Of a stretch of 64,000 nt of DNA, positions 9,242 through 20,088 are shown in pieces. The position numbers and the translations under genes were made by a program. The stretch lies in NCBI GenBank assembly GCA_963719515.1, contig CAVRCJ010000004.1, forward strand, positions 32,001 through 96,000, given 5' to 3'. Position 1 is the stretch's first letter. Every line of letters starts with the position of its first letter. This DNA comes from an uncultured cyanobacterium. GTDB taxonomy: Bacteria; Cyanobacteriota; Cyanobacteriia; CAKZMO01. Below the pieces are notes generated by a model, which was given only the letters and a program-made list of their open reading frames with translations, was not told the DNA's origin and made no database searches.

Positions 9242-10936
9242 ATGAGCCCACTGCTGCAGGTCGAAGCTATAGAAGTGACCTACCGCCAAACCGGTGACGG
9301 GGGCATTTCCGACATTCCCGACCGGGAGCACGACGCTTCCGCAGACCGCCGAGCCATAAAGCAGGTCTCCCTCACGCTTCGTAAAGGCGATCGCATTGGC
9401 CTTGTCGGCGAGTCGGGCTGCGGCAAATCCACCCTAGGCCGCGCCATTATGCGGCTTCTCCCTTCCTCCACACAGGTCTCTGGCAAAGTCCTTTTTAACG
9501 GCGAATCGGTCCTCGATTTCTCCCCTCAGCGGCTGCGTCAGTTTCGCGGTGAAGCGGTCGCCCTCATCTTTCAAGACCCCATGACCCGGCTCAATCCGCT
9601 GATGACCGTCGGGGAGCACTGCTTGGAGACCCTACGCGCCCACGAACCTAGACTCTCGGGCCGCGAGGCTAGCGATCGCGTCAAAGCCACTTTCGAGGCC
9701 GTGCGTATTCCCGCCGATCGCTGGGGCCAGTACCCCCACGAATTTAGCGGCGGTATGCGGCAGCGGGTGGCGATCGCCTTGGCTCTGTTGCTCAACCCCA
9801 AGCTAATTGTGGCCGACGAGCCCACCACTAGTCTTGACGTCACCATTGCCGCCGAAATTCTCGAAGAGCTTGTGCGGCTGTGTCAAGAGCGGGAAATGGC
9901 CCTAGTCCTAATTTCCCACGACCTTTCCCTAGTGGCAGAATACTGCGATCGCATCGCTGTGATGCTGGAGGGGGAAGTCGTGGAGACCGGCAACGCGCAG
10001 CGGGTGCTTCGCCAGCCCCAGCATCCCTACACGCGATCGCTGCGGAATGCCGCCGCTCGCCTGCAGTCCGACGCCGAGGTTCGGAGCGCTTCTCCCCAGA
10101 CAGGCCCCGCTGCGCCGCTGTTGGAGGTGGTCGATCTCGTCAAACACTACGCGCTCTCTCAGTCTTTGCTGTCTCGATTTGGCGGTCAGCGGCCTGCAAT
10201 CAAAGCGGTCGATGGGGTCAGCTTTACCCTCCGAAAGGGCGAAATTGTGGGGCTGGTGGGGGAGTCAGGCTGCGGGAAAAGCACGCTGCTGCGCGTCATT
10301 TTGCAGCTGATTCAGCCTACGGCGGGCCGGGTGCTTTTTCAGGGCCAGGAGTTGACGGCGCTGTCCCGCTCCGAGCTGCGGCCTTTGAGACGCCACCTGC
10401 AGATGATTTTTCAAGATCCCCACGCCTGCCTCAATCCGCTGATGACCGTTGGGCGGGCGATTGCTGAGCCGCTGTTGATCCATGGAATGGTGGCCGATAT
10501 GGCGACGGGAAAGGCGAATTCTGCAGAGGCGACTGTCTTACGAATGCTGGAAAGAGTGGGCTTGACGCCGGGCTCTGCCTTCTACGGCCGCTACCCCAAC
10601 GAGCTGTCCGGCGGGCAGCAGCAGCGGGTCGCCATTGCTAGAGCCCTGATCACCCAGCCCAAGCTGCTGATCTGCGATGAGCCGGTCAGCATGCTCGACG
10701 CCAGCATTCAAACTCAGATCCTAGAGCTGATGTTAGACCTGAAGCAGGAGTTCGACCTGACGTACCTTTTCATCACCCACGACCTTTGGGTCGCCCGGTT
10801 CTTCTGCGATCGCATCGCCGTTATGCAGGCGGGACAGATCGTGGAGACGGCGCTAGCAGAGCAGTTGTTCAATGCGCCGCAGCACCCCTATACTCAAAAG
10901 TTACTGGGATCTGCCCCAAAGCTTGCGCTTTGCTAA
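9242..10936 (+). CDS. Peptide/nickel-type ABC transporter ATP-binding protein with two fused NBDs
   Basis: Two GESGCGKST Walker A motifs, FSGGMRQR and LSGGQQQR signatures, DEP Walker B, HPYT motifs. Confidence 0.92.
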   Translation: MSPLLQVEAIEVTYRQTGDGGISDIPDREHDASADRRAIKQVSLTLRKGDRIGLVGESGCGKSTLGRAIMRLLPSSTQVSGKVLFNGESVLDFSPQRLRQFRGEAVALIFQDPMTRLNPLMTVGEHCLETLRAHEPRLSGREASDRVKATFEAVRIPADRWGQYPHEFSGGMRQRVAIALALLLNPKLIVADEPTTSLDVTIAAEILEELVRLCQEREMALVLISHDLSLVAEYCDRIAVMLEGEVVETGNAQRVLRQPQHPYTRSLRNAAARLQSDAEVRSASPQTGPAAPLLEVVDLVKHYALSQSLLSRFGGQRPAIKAVDGVSFTLRKGEIVGLVGESGCGKSTLLRVILQLIQPTAGRVLFQGQELTALSRSELRPLRRHLQMIFQDPHACLNPLMTVGRAIAEPLLIHGMVADMATGKANSAEATVLRMLERVGLTPGSAFYGRYPNELSGGQQQRVAIARALITQPKLLICDEPVSMLDASIQTQILELMLDLKQEFDLTYLFITHDLWVARFFCDRIAVMQAGQIVETALAEQLFNAPQHPYTQKLLGSAPKLALC

Positions 10937-10969
10937 TTAAAACACCCCTTCACGCCCCATCACGCCACC

Positions 10970-11953
10970 ATGGCTACAACGGAACGCAAACCGATTCTGC
11001 TTGACTTCGAGAAGCCCCTTGTGGATCTAGAGAAGCGCATTCACCAAATTCGAGAGTTGGCCGACGAGAACAACGTCGATGTCTCAGAGGAAATTGATCA
11101 GCTTGAGACCCGCGCCGACCAGCTGCGCTACGAGATCTTCAGCAGCCTGACCCCGGCTCAGCGGCTGCAGGTGGCCCGCCACCCCCGCCGCCCCAGCACC
11201 CTAGACTATATCCAGGCCATCAGCGACGAATGGATAGAGCTGCACGGCGATCGCGCGACCGGCACAGATGACCCGGCGCTCGTGGGGGGCATTGCCCGCG
11301 TCGACGGTCGCCCCATCATGATGATGGGCCACCAGAAAGGCCGCGACACCAAAGACAATGTCGCCCGCAATTTTGGCATGGCCTCCCCCGGCGGCTACCG
11401 CAAAGCGATGCGGCTGATGAACCATGCGAACCACTTTGGCATGCCCATCTTCACCTTCATTGACACCCCCGGCGCTTGGGCGGGGCTGGAGGCGGAGCGC
11501 CTCGGTCAAGGGGAGGCTATTGCCTACAACCTCCGGGAAATGTTCCGGCTAGAAGTCCCCATCCTCTGCACCGTCATTGGTGAAGGGGGGTCCGGCGGGG
11601 CACTGGGCATCGGCGTGGGCGATCGCCTGCTGATGTTTGAGCATTCGGTCTACACGGTGGCTAGCCCTGAAGCCTGCGCCGCTATTTTGTGGAAAGACGC
11701 CGGGCGGGCAGGAGAGGCCGCTGAAGCGCTCAAAATTACCGCTGCAGACCTAGAGGAGCTTGGTATTCTCGACGAATGTCTACCCGAACCTACGGGAGGT
11801 GCCCACGCTGCTCCGATTCAGGCTGCAGAGACGCTTAAGCAAGCATTGGTCAAGAATCTAGCGGTTCTCGATCAGATGAATTCATCCCAGCGGCGGGAGG
11901 CACGCTACCAAAAGTTCCGTCAGATCGGGCGATTTGCGGAGATTCCAGACTAG
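10970..11953 (+). CDS. accA: Acetyl-CoA carboxylase carboxyltransferase alpha subunit
   Basis: [23 protein letters not shown]...[21 protein letters not shown]. Confidence 0.97.
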   Translation: MATTERKPILLDFEKPLVDLEKRIHQIRELADENNVDVSEEIDQLETRADQLRYEIFSSLTPAQRLQVARHPRRPSTLDYIQAISDEWIELHGDRATGTDDPALVGGIARVDGRPIMMMGHQKGRDTKDNVARNFGMASPGGYRKAMRLMNHANHFGMPIFTFIDTPGAWAGLEAERLGQGEAIAYNLREMFRLEVPILCTVIGEGGSGGALGIGVGDRLLMFEHSVYTVASPEACAAILWKDAGRAGEAAEALKITAADLEELGILDECLPEPTGGAHAAPIQAAETLKQALVKNLAVLDQMNSSQRREARYQKFRQIGRFAEIPD

Positions 11954-12330
11954 CGATCGCTGGCTGAACTCAAAGCGGGTCACGCCGACCCGCTTTGACG
12001 CCCAGGCCCCCCCGCCGGGCCGCAGTATCCTGGCCAGAGCGATCGCGCACAGGCGCATTTTCTTTAGCACAAATGAGCCTCTGTGCGCTGTAGCCTTTGG
12101 CTAGAATAATAATGTTATGCTAGCCAAGGCAACAAATATTTATGTGTTGCTCATTTACCGAAGCTTAAGGCTCTGTAGGCTATGAACTAGGAGTTCCTTG
12201 TGGTTCAGGAGGTCGCTCTTGAATAATCTAGAACTGAGGTCGATTTTAGGTAGAGGTAAAAACACGGCTTTCTAGGTTGGCGACCTATCGCTCGAGCCAG
12301 TCCGAATTGTCTGAGGATTAACGAACTTAA

Positions 12331-13056
12331 ATGACGGGTTCAGTTCAACAATGTGCTCTGATTACAGGCGCGAGCAGCGGAATTGGCCGAGCCACGGCGA
12401 TCGCGCTGGCACAAGCAGGATTTGATTTGGCGCTAGTGAGCCGGTCAGAGGGAGCCTTAGCCGAAGTGGCGGCTGAAGCGCAGACCTACGGCGTCTCGGC
12501 TAAAGCGTTTCCCCTAGACTTGGCCAATCTGGGCCAGGTCAAATCTGGCATCGAAGCGGTGGTAGCCGACTGCGGAGCTATTCACGTGCTCGTCAACAAC
12601 GCCGGCATGGGCTACACCGGAGCGCTTCAGGATATGTCTCTTGAAGACTGGCAGCGGGTAATAGACCTCAACTTGACTAGCCCCTTCCTCTGCATGCAGG
12701 CCGTCGTGCCCCACATGAGCGATCGCCGCCAGGGCACCATCGTCAATATTGCCTCCATCGCTGGCTACCAGGCGTTTCCCGAGTGGGGTGCCTACGGCGT
12801 CAGCAAAGCCGGGCTGATCATGCTCTCCAAAGCATTGGCCGTCGAGTCACGGGATAGGGGAATTCGAGTGGTCACCCTATCGCCAGGGGCCGTAAATACT
12901 GGAATTTGGGACACCGAGACGGTCCAGTCAGATTTTGATCGCTCTCAAATGCTGACGCCCGACGTCGTGGCTCAAACGGTCGCCCAGACCGTCACGCTCC
13001 CTCACCAGGCTGTTGTTGAGGAAATCAAGATCATGCCGAGCGGTGGAGCGCTTTGA
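12331..13056 (+). CDS. Short-chain dehydrogenase/reductase (SDR)
   Basis: TGASSGIG, VNNAG, YGVSK catalytic motif; lies between accA and folE. Confidence 0.92.
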   Translation: MTGSVQQCALITGASSGIGRATAIALAQAGFDLALVSRSEGALAEVAAEAQTYGVSAKAFPLDLANLGQVKSGIEAVVADCGAIHVLVNNAGMGYTGALQDMSLEDWQRVIDLNLTSPFLCMQAVVPHMSDRRQGTIVNIASIAGYQAFPEWGAYGVSKAGLIMLSKALAVESRDRGIRVVTLSPGAVNTGIWDTETVQSDFDRSQMLTPDVVAQTVAQTVTLPHQAVVEEIKIMPSGGAL

Positions 13057-13179
13057 GCTAGCCGCCCTAGTCTTCACGGCTGTGACTGCTTCACCTCCCT
13101 AGTCACTCCTTACAGCTGTAGCCTAAAGCGTTCAATGCTGTGCGCTGTTGACTTTTTCCAACGTAACTTACGACTTGCT

Positions 13180-13893
13180 ATGACTACTTCATTTGACAAC
13201 GTCAACGAGACGGGCCGGAACGGAATTACGTCTGCCGCTGACGCTAGCCTGCCGCTGACGCCTCGTCCCGATCGCAACACCAGCAAAGGGCAAAAAATTA
13301 CGATAAAGCCACCGGTAGACAGTACTCAAGAAGAGATGATGGCAGCGGTGCGATCGCTGCTGGTAGGGATTGGGGAGAATCCAGAGCGCGAAGGGCTCTT
13401 GAAAACCCCTAAGCGGGTGGCAGAGGCGATGCGGTTTCTCACCAGCGGCTACACCCAGTCCTTAGAAGAGCTGGTCAACGATGCTATCTTTGACGAAGGC
13501 CACAATGAAATGGTGCTGGTGCGCGACATCACCGCCTTTAGCCTTTGCGAGCACCACATGCTGCCGTTTATGGGTAAGGTTCACGTCGCCTACATCCCCA
13601 ACCAGCGCGTAGTAGGGCTGAGCAAGCTGGCCCGCATCGTTGAGATGTACGCCCGTCGGCTACAGGTTCAAGAGCGCCTGACCCGCCAAATTGCAGAAGC
13701 CGTACAGGAGATTTTGGACCCCCAGGGCGTGGCGGTAGTGATGGAGGCTACCCACATGTGTATGGTGATGCGCGGTGTGCAGAAGCCCGGATCTTGGACA
13801 GTGACCAGCGCCATGGTAGGCGTCTTCCAGGACGACCAAAAGACGCGGGAAGAGTTTCTGAGTCTTGTTAGACACCAGCCCTCATTTATTTAA
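13180..13893 (+). CDS. folE: GTP cyclohydrolase I
   Basis: [47 protein letters not shown]. Confidence 0.97.
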   Translation: MTTSFDNVNETGRNGITSAADASLPLTPRPDRNTSKGQKITIKPPVDSTQEEMMAAVRSLLVGIGENPEREGLLKTPKRVAEAMRFLTSGYTQSLEELVNDAIFDEGHNEMVLVRDITAFSLCEHHMLPFMGKVHVAYIPNQRVVGLSKLARIVEMYARRLQVQERLTRQIAEAVQEILDPQGVAVVMEATHMCMVMRGVQKPGSWTVTSAMVGVFQDDQKTREEFLSLVRHQPSFI

Positions 13894-14461
13894 CGTCGTC
13901 AGGTTGAGGGGCGTTTGGGGAGTAGCGCTAGGCGCGGCCAGTTTGGGTCTGCTAGCGCAGACGGCGATCGCCCAAGAGCGTCCGCTGACTCTCAATGCTG
14001 CGACCTATCCATTAGAGCTAGACCTACTGCCTCCAGACGCTGACCTGTCTGGGCGGAGCGTGGTCACTCGCTACACGGTGCAGGACTCCCAGCTCACGCT
14101 GCCCAGCTTGTGGTGGGCTGAGCAGCAGCATGGCGGTAAGCTTCTAGAAAACTGGATTGCCTACAGGGGTGAGGGCGAGAGCCCCCAGCGGGTCGATCTT
14201 GTCGTCAATCGCCAGCTGTGGAATCTCTACTCTTACGTGGAACGCTATCAGTTTGTCCATCAAATGGGCCTCTCGGTGCTGCAGTTTGGCTACAATACCC
14301 GCGTTTTCAATGAGCAAGGTGTCATATTAGGCGCTTACCTTTGTGATGCGCCTCAAGCTGCCCTGATGGCCGCTGGGACGCAGGCCGTAGCGCAGCTTGA
14401 CTGCCAAATCTACCTCGATTCTCCGGGCATTGAGGTACCCCGGGGGCCATTTCGCTTCTAG
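13865..14461 (+). CDS. Hypothetical exported protein (true start probably slightly downstream)
   Basis: Signal-peptide-like ...[18 protein letters not shown]...[11 protein letters not shown]...ERYQFV core. Confidence 0.65.
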   Translation: MLDTSPHLFNVVRLRGVWGVALGAASLGLLAQTAIAQERPLTLNAATYPLELDLLPPDADLSGRSVVTRYTVQDSQLTLPSLWWAEQQHGGKLLENWIAYRGEGESPQRVDLVVNRQLWNLYSYVERYQFVHQMGLSVLQFGYNTRVFNEQGVILGAYLCDAPQAALMAAGTQAVAQLDCQIYLDSPGIEVPRGPFRF

Positions 14462-14506
14462 GTCGCCGTCAAGATCGCATCTCGGGGTCAGCCTTCTCCG
14501 CGAAGG

Positions 14507-15793
14507 TTAGGCCGTCGTATCAAAACGATCCGCTCTCACAGAACGGCGCGTCTCAGACCACAGGCGATCGTAGGCCTCAGAAGCCTCCGGCGAGAGCGGT
14601 AAGATAGCGCTGCTCTGAGCCATAACCTGCGGGTCAGGCAAAATCGCGCTCTGAGCGCTGAGCGCGGGGGGAAGCGACGCGCGGGCCTGGTCAATTAAAA
14701 CCGGAGAGACGCCTGCCCCCAGCAGCGAGAGGCGAAGGGCGATGTCCTGCTGCCAAAAAAAGCTGATCCACTGCTCCGCCGGAGCCGGTAGAGCGGCTTG
14801 CGCGCCAGAAGCAGCCACGGGCTGAACCCAAAGGTCAGTGGTGGTAAAAGTGCCTGAAGCGGGGACTGCCACCGCAAGCCGCTGGTTACGCCGCACGAGG
14901 GGGAGGATATCCGTCGACCAGCCCACCGCCACCCAGACGTCCCCTAAGATCAGCGGCTGCAGATAGTCCGTGGAGCTATAGAGTTTGACGCTGCGGTGGA
15001 GCGCCAGCAGCTTTTCTGGCAGCGCCGCTACGCTCGCCAGATCAGGTTCGTTGGGATCGCGGCCTAGCGCTTTTAGCACCGCGCCAACGACAACGCGGGC
15101 GCTATCCAGCATGGAGATTTTACCGGCGAGCTCGGGCCGCCACAGGTCTTGCCAATCCGCAGGCGGGCCGCCGTGGGCGTCTAGCTCGGCCCGCCGATAG
15201 ACCATGACCAAGGTTCCGGTGCGGTAGGGTGCGCCCCACAGCTCGCCGCCGCTGTCGGGCTCGCCCGCCGCGCTGCGGGTCACGAGCTGCTGCCAGGGAC
15301 GAGGGACCGAAGACCAGCCTGACAGCTGAGTGAGGGGCAGCGGGCGGATGAGATTTTGTCTGATGGCGGCGGTCAGCCAGTAGTCTCCCAAGGAGACGAG
15401 GGTCGTGCTGCCGGGTGCTCCCCCCAGGTCGGGGCGCTGGTTGCCCTGGTCTTGAGGGGCCGTCTCGTCTTCAGAAGCCTCTTCGGTGTAACCTGACAAT
15501 TCCCTCAGCGCCGTAAACAGCTGGGATAACCCCGGTCGGGTTTTGAGCTGTACGGCCTGGGACTGCCCTCGCTGAAAGTCCTTGAGGAGGGTGGGCGGTA
15601 CGGCACCCTCAAGGAGATAAACGGTGAGAGCATAGCTCCCCCCTGAACGACAGCCCCCTAACGCCGCCAGAGCCATCAGGCTGATGAGGAGCGATCGCCT
15701 GTGGAGAGATGAGGTACCGGGTATGGTACCTGCTGCGCTCTCGACCGGTGAATCAATTTTGGTATGCATTGTTGTTTTAGCCGGCGACGCCAT
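14507..15793 (-). CDS. Polyamine-type (PotD-like) ABC substrate-binding lipoprotein
   Basis: RRSLL twin-Arg plus LGGC lipobox; WQDLWRPELAGKISMLD; VWVAVGWS. Confidence 0.8.
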   Translation of the reverse strand: MASPAKTTMHTKIDSPVESAAGTIPGTSSLHRRSLLISLMALAALGGCRSGGSYALTVYLLEGAVPPTLLKDFQRGQSQAVQLKTRPGLSQLFTALRELSGYTEEASEDETAPQDQGNQRPDLGGAPGSTTLVSLGDYWLTAAIRQNLIRPLPLTQLSGWSSVPRPWQQLVTRSAAGEPDSGGELWGAPYRTGTLVMVYRRAELDAHGGPPADWQDLWRPELAGKISMLDSARVVVGAVLKALGRDPNEPDLASVAALPEKLLALHRSVKLYSSTDYLQPLILGDVWVAVGWSTDILPLVRRNQRLAVAVPASGTFTTTDLWVQPVAASGAQAALPAPAEQWISFFWQQDIALRLSLLGAGVSPVLIDQARASLPPALSAQSAILPDPQVMAQSSAILPLSPEASEAYDRLWSETRRSVRADRFDTTA

Positions 15794-15798
15794 AACGC

Positions 15799-16533
15799 CT
15801 ATGACTGCGCCCAGGTTGTGGTTTTAGAGGGGTCGAGTTGACCCTCTTCAGTTTTGTGCTCTACCCCAAAGCCGATCAAATCGATGACGCTAGGGGGCTG
15901 ACCATCTTCGGGACGCTGATAGGTCACAATGGTGCGCAGCCTTAGCGTAGGCGTGACAAATCGCATCTGGTCCACCGCGACAGAACGCGCGTAGTAGGTC
16001 GTCATTTCTAGGGTTTGTCGCGTGGGCTGATAGGTAAACCAGCCTGCGATCGCGCTGGCCTCGTAGTACCCGCGGTCGCGCAGATAAACGCCTTGAACCA
16101 GACCGTCATAGACGTCGACTTGGGAGGCTAAAGGCAGCGGCACCACAGCTCCCCCCGATGCGGTGGAAAAGTAGGCCTCCGGAACGAAGAGCGCGTTGAG
16201 AGACATAGCCACTACTTCGCCCTTCTCTGATTTTGTGTCGAAGGAAATTGCAAACCCTGGACAGGGCATATCGGCGGAATCGCTGTCTACCGCGACGATT
16301 GACGCGAGAAACTTCGGAGAAAACGAGACTTCACCAGGAACATTCTCTTGAGCCGGGAGCCCAGAGAGCATCTTTTGCTTGTCCACTGACGTTAGGGCAT
16401 CTACCTGAAATTTGGTGTGCGATCGCTCTATGTCTGTTTCTGACAGCGAGTGATAGATCCGTTCGGTGCTCCAAGATCCAACACAGTCGGAGAAAAATTG
16501 CTCAAAACTTAGCATCGGCGACGTTGTTTGCAT
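15799..16533 (-). CDS. Phycobiliprotein lyase, CpcS/CpeS-like family
   Basis: FEQFFSDCVGSWSTERIYH; YLRDRGY; MRFVTPTLRLRTI...GFGVE. Confidence 0.8.
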   Translation of the reverse strand: MQTTSPMLSFEQFFSDCVGSWSTERIYHSLSETDIERSHTKFQVDALTSVDKQKMLSGLPAQENVPGEVSFSPKFLASIVAVDSDSADMPCPGFAISFDTKSEKGEVVAMSLNALFVPEAYFSTASGGAVVPLPLASQVDVYDGLVQGVYLRDRGYYEASAIAGWFTYQPTRQTLEMTTYYARSVAVDQMRFVTPTLRLRTIVTYQRPEDGQPPSVIDLIGFGVEHKTEEGQLDPSKTTTWAQS

Positions 16534-17033
16534 TGCGTTCAATGGACTAGCCCACGGGCCCGCCAACGGGCTCAGCCCCATCGACTATTCGATTCTAATC
16601 GGTGAGCAGCGCTCGTGGTTTCTCACCTGTGGTACAGATAAGGCATGCCGCCCAAAATCCCGGTGGTGCAGCAAGGGTTCATAAAGTCTGAAGTACAGGG
16701 TACAACCGATGTGACAGAAGCCGTCAATTCTGATAGCGGCGTTGCCGCGAGTCCCCCGGAAAATCTATATTGACTCGTAGACAGACTCAACTGCGTTTCT
16801 GCTCAATCTCGCTTCACTTAGGTCTGGTCTCTTGAGCTGCCGCTGCGGGTTTCGCTGTTGAAGAGGGCGGATTTCACAAAATGCAATTAAACGGCGGACG
16901 AAGTATTAAATTAATTGGAATACTTAAATCATTTGGGAATAGCCGTCGGCTTGAAAAAAACCTGTCTAATATGGTATCTGAAGCAAGATTTTATTGTTCC
17001 AAACGTTGAAGGCGTCAACGTACGACTAAATTA

Positions 17034-17414
17034 ATGCAAAAGCAAATAGACAGTCTGAATATCAAAATTGACGCACTCCAGGGAGCAGTCGAGCAACTCA
17101 ATACTCGAGTTTCCGACTCGTTGATGGAGCTCAAGCTTCAAATGACGTCCCAGACCTCCCCTCAAGCGTCAATAGTCGTTCCTCTGCCGGAAGAGGCTTT
17201 ACACCGTCAGCCGGCCTACACGCAAAGCCCAATCCGCCAATACCATAAAGACATTTTGGCTGATGAGGCCTACGGAGATATCGACTCTAGCTGCGGCGAG
17301 AACTCACTGTCTCCTGAAGTTCAGACCCAGCGCTTGACGGCCCAGCTAACGGCGGCCTATAACCGGATAGCTGCCCTTGAAGAGCAGCTATTGGACTGCC
17401 GAATCAATAACTAA
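17034..17414 (+). CDS. Hypothetical coiled-coil protein
   Basis: C-terminal LSPEVQTQRLTAQLTAAYNRIAALEEQLL motif, recalled from conserved cyanobacterial hypotheticals. Confidence 0.75.
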   Translation: MQKQIDSLNIKIDALQGAVEQLNTRVSDSLMELKLQMTSQTSPQASIVVPLPEEALHRQPAYTQSPIRQYHKDILADEAYGDIDSSCGENSLSPEVQTQRLTAQLTAAYNRIAALEEQLLDCRINN

Positions 17415-17622
17415 GAGCGCAGGCTGAGCTCTCCGTAAACCTCGTCAAAGTAAATTCGGCTTCTACGCAAAGGATAAGCCGCTAGGCCAGTCTAGAAATC
17501 TGATACAGCGCAGTCTAATTCAGCGCGATCAGAGGGGAGGACGCCACCCTTGCAAATGACGCAGAGAGGTCCACTTTTCGAGAAGAGCAGAGCCCTACAT
17601 CCCCCAGAATCGGAAGCGAGAC

Positions 17623-18759
17623 TCAGGGTGAGGGCTCAAAAGTGACATGCTCGCGATCAGATTTGGCCCCTAGCGACTTCATCAGCGCCTCGACTGCGAC
17701 GACTAAGTCGCGCTGTCCCCAGCCCTGATAGAGAGAAGAGGCGATCGCGCATCCTCCAGCGGCAACCCCTTCTTTGACATACCCGGCTTCGTAGGCCCTG
17801 AGCTGCGAATAGCGAGAGTGGGCAAAGCTCAATTCCGAGGTGAGCAGGGGGACATTGACTGCAGCGGCGAGCCCTAAGGTATCTCCGGTGGGATCATCGG
17901 TGACCCAGCGCGTCGTGCCCACGACCACCTGCTCAGGGTTCCAGGCCAGCTGGTCGGCGCGAGCGATCGCCCCCATCAGGTGATATACCGCCAGCATTTG
18001 CGTTCCCCCTGCCAGCAGGACGCCCGTAGTTTGGCTAGCGGCGAGGGCCAAACCGGCAACGGCACCCTGCATTGGGTCTCCTAACCCCGCCCAGAGTTTT
18101 AGCGGCTCTAAGATAGACGGCTGGAAGCGCTGGCGCAGCTGCTGCAGACCGGCCTCCACGAGCTGCTGCTTTTGCCGGTGGTTGCAGCTTGGATGGCTGC
18201 TGTTGACCTTGCCGTGAGCGGCGACGCCCAGGGCGCTCAGCACGGCCAGGGCTGTCGTTGTGCCCCCCACAACGCACTCACCAACGACCAGATACCCCGG
18301 CGCTGCCGCTGCCGCTAGCTCATGGCCGAGACGGAGTCCCTGCTCAAACAGGTGTCGCGCAGCGGGCATCGAGAGGGCTGCTCCACTGCTGAGGCAGCGG
18401 GCAGGGCGGCCCTGAAGATTGCGGTGGGGGACCGGGGGCGGCTGGGGTAGCCCAGCGTTGACGATTTGAAGAGGCAGCTGCTGCCCTATGATTACTGCGC
18501 GCGAGATCAGCGCCGGAGAAGCACCGGCCTGCAGCGGTGGCAGCGCGTTCTGGGTGCGATCGCGCGGCCCATAGTACAAAAACTCAGCGTCGGCGATCGC
18601 CGTTGTGAGGCGATCGGCTGGGGTTGCACCGGCAGCCGATATTCCGGGAATAAGTCCCGTTTCCGTGAAGCCGAGGACGCAGACGCAGGTGGGTCGCCGC
18701 CCCCGAAACCGCGCCAGCCAGGGAACGGCAATATCGGGCCGGAGTGAGACGCGGATCAT
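17623..18759 (-). CDS. cobT: Nicotinate-nucleotide--dimethylbenzimidazole phosphoribosyltransferase (CobT, TIGR00303-like)
   Basis: TETGLIPGISAAG, GECVVGGTTTAL, GDPMQ, LAGGTQM, YEAGYVKEGVAAGG. Confidence 0.88.
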   Translation of the reverse strand: MIRVSLRPDIAVPWLARFRGRRPTCVCVLGFTETGLIPGISAAGATPADRLTTAIADAEFLYYGPRDRTQNALPPLQAGASPALISRAVIIGQQLPLQIVNAGLPQPPPVPHRNLQGRPARCLSSGAALSMPAARHLFEQGLRLGHELAAAAAPGYLVVGECVVGGTTTALAVLSALGVAAHGKVNSSHPSCNHRQKQQLVEAGLQQLRQRFQPSILEPLKLWAGLGDPMQGAVAGLALAASQTTGVLLAGGTQMLAVYHLMGAIARADQLAWNPEQVVVGTTRWVTDDPTGDTLGLAAAVNVPLLTSELSFAHSRYSQLRAYEAGYVKEGVAAGGCAIASSLYQGWGQRDLVVAVEALMKSLGAKSDREHVTFEPSP

Positions 18760-18778
18760 AAGGCTTGGCCCACGGCAG

Positions 18779-19669
18779 CTAAGAGGATCTCGGTTCGTCT
18801 AGCAGCACCCGTACCCAGTTGGGAGGCGAGGGAATCGGGTTGCCCAGACGCTCTAGCAGCAGCCAGGCGGCCAAATGAATCGTGAATAAATAGACGATAT
18901 CGCTGCAAAGAATCATCGCCACGGTAGCGATCTGGACGGCGTTGACGTTAACCTGCCCCAACGCCCCGACACCGAGCACGCCCCAATTTACCGCCATTGA
19001 CAACAGCCAATCCAAGAGACTGGTAATGCGCCCCGTCAGGTAAACCCATAGGTCTTCCCCCAAAAATAGGGAAATTAGCCAAATGCGAAAGAAAAAGCTG
19101 ATGGTGGCGACAAGGCTACCCGAGGCAATGGACCAGACCCAGGAAGACTTACGAGCCCACATCGCCCCCAGCTGCACTCCCAGCAGGCCGTAGGGAATGA
19201 AGAACATAATGCTCAGGTAGGGACCCATCAAAATTGCTAACAGCAGCCCCGAGACAACAGCCGTCATCCAGGAGGCCCGCGACCCCCACCGTAGATAGGT
19301 CAGCGCAATGGGAATGGGAAAGACAATTCTCATCCAGGGACCCACGCTGAGGTAATAGCTTACGAGCCAGAGCAAGCTAGCGGCGCTGGCGAGAAAAGCG
19401 GTTTCCACGAGCGCCAGCGGGCTAGTGCCAACAGAGGCGCTGCCTTCAATGCCGGCCGGGGTAGATTGATGAGCCGTCGGTCGAGGCTGAGGATTGTCTA
19501 AAGAGAGCGCCTCGTCAACGCCCGACCAGTCCGTGAGGCTGCCGTTGTTTGAGGCACCGTTTAAAGCACCATCTGGAGCACTGTTGTCTGAACTGCCGCT
19601 GCCCGAACTGCCGTTATCTGCGCTGCCGTCGTTGGGCCCGGCAGGATCCTGATTCCAGGAATGACTCAT
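18779..19669 (-). CDS. DUF2232 family membrane protein with low-complexity N-terminal extension
   Basis: LVETAFLASAASLLWL...FPIPIALTYLRWG; multiple TM helices; sits upstream of cobT. Confidence 0.82.
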   Translation of the reverse strand: MSHSWNQDPAGPNDGSADNGSSGSGSSDNSAPDGALNGASNNGSLTDWSGVDEALSLDNPQPRPTAHQSTPAGIEGSASVGTSPLALVETAFLASAASLLWLVSYYLSVGPWMRIVFPIPIALTYLRWGSRASWMTAVVSGLLLAILMGPYLSIMFFIPYGLLGVQLGAMWARKSSWVWSIASGSLVATISFFFRIWLISLFLGEDLWVYLTGRITSLLDWLLSMAVNWGVLGVGALGQVNVNAVQIATVAMILCSDIVYLFTIHLAAWLLLERLGNPIPSPPNWVRVLLDEPRSS

Positions 19670-20088
19670 GGAGTATATTAGCCGCCTTGTGATCGCCTCA
19701 GCTTAGCCCCTGATTCGAGTCGCCACGGGCATACGCTCAATCTCGTGGGTGCTGCAGTTCATCCAATGTATCGTTTTTTTGACGAGGCTGAACTGTCAGA
19801 GGCTCTAAAACCAGGACTTTTGAGTTTGAGCTGCCATTGCCGCGGGCTCGCCTACGGTCAGTCACACCCGCAAACGACGCTCGTCTGCGGGTTTTGTTCC
19901 TATAGCGGGGCAGCGCTGCGGCGCTGCCCAGATTGGACATTAGGGATCTAGAGCGTTCAGTTTCGCCCGCTGCTGATACAGTCGCTGCTGATACATTTGG
20001 GTGCTCAAACACCATCAGTTAATGGGAGAATGGTCCCATTGCCTATTTAGAAATAGTTGACGGTACTAGGCGTACTTAGGGGGAGACC

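Noticed and set aside
10970..13893. accA-SDR-folE linkage as a novel pathway
   Set aside because: This gene order is, as I recall, common in cyanobacteria and looks like ordinary core genome.
19737..20015. Short ORFs between the DUF2232 gene and psbP
   Set aside because: No motifs or RBS support; more likely divergent promoter DNA.
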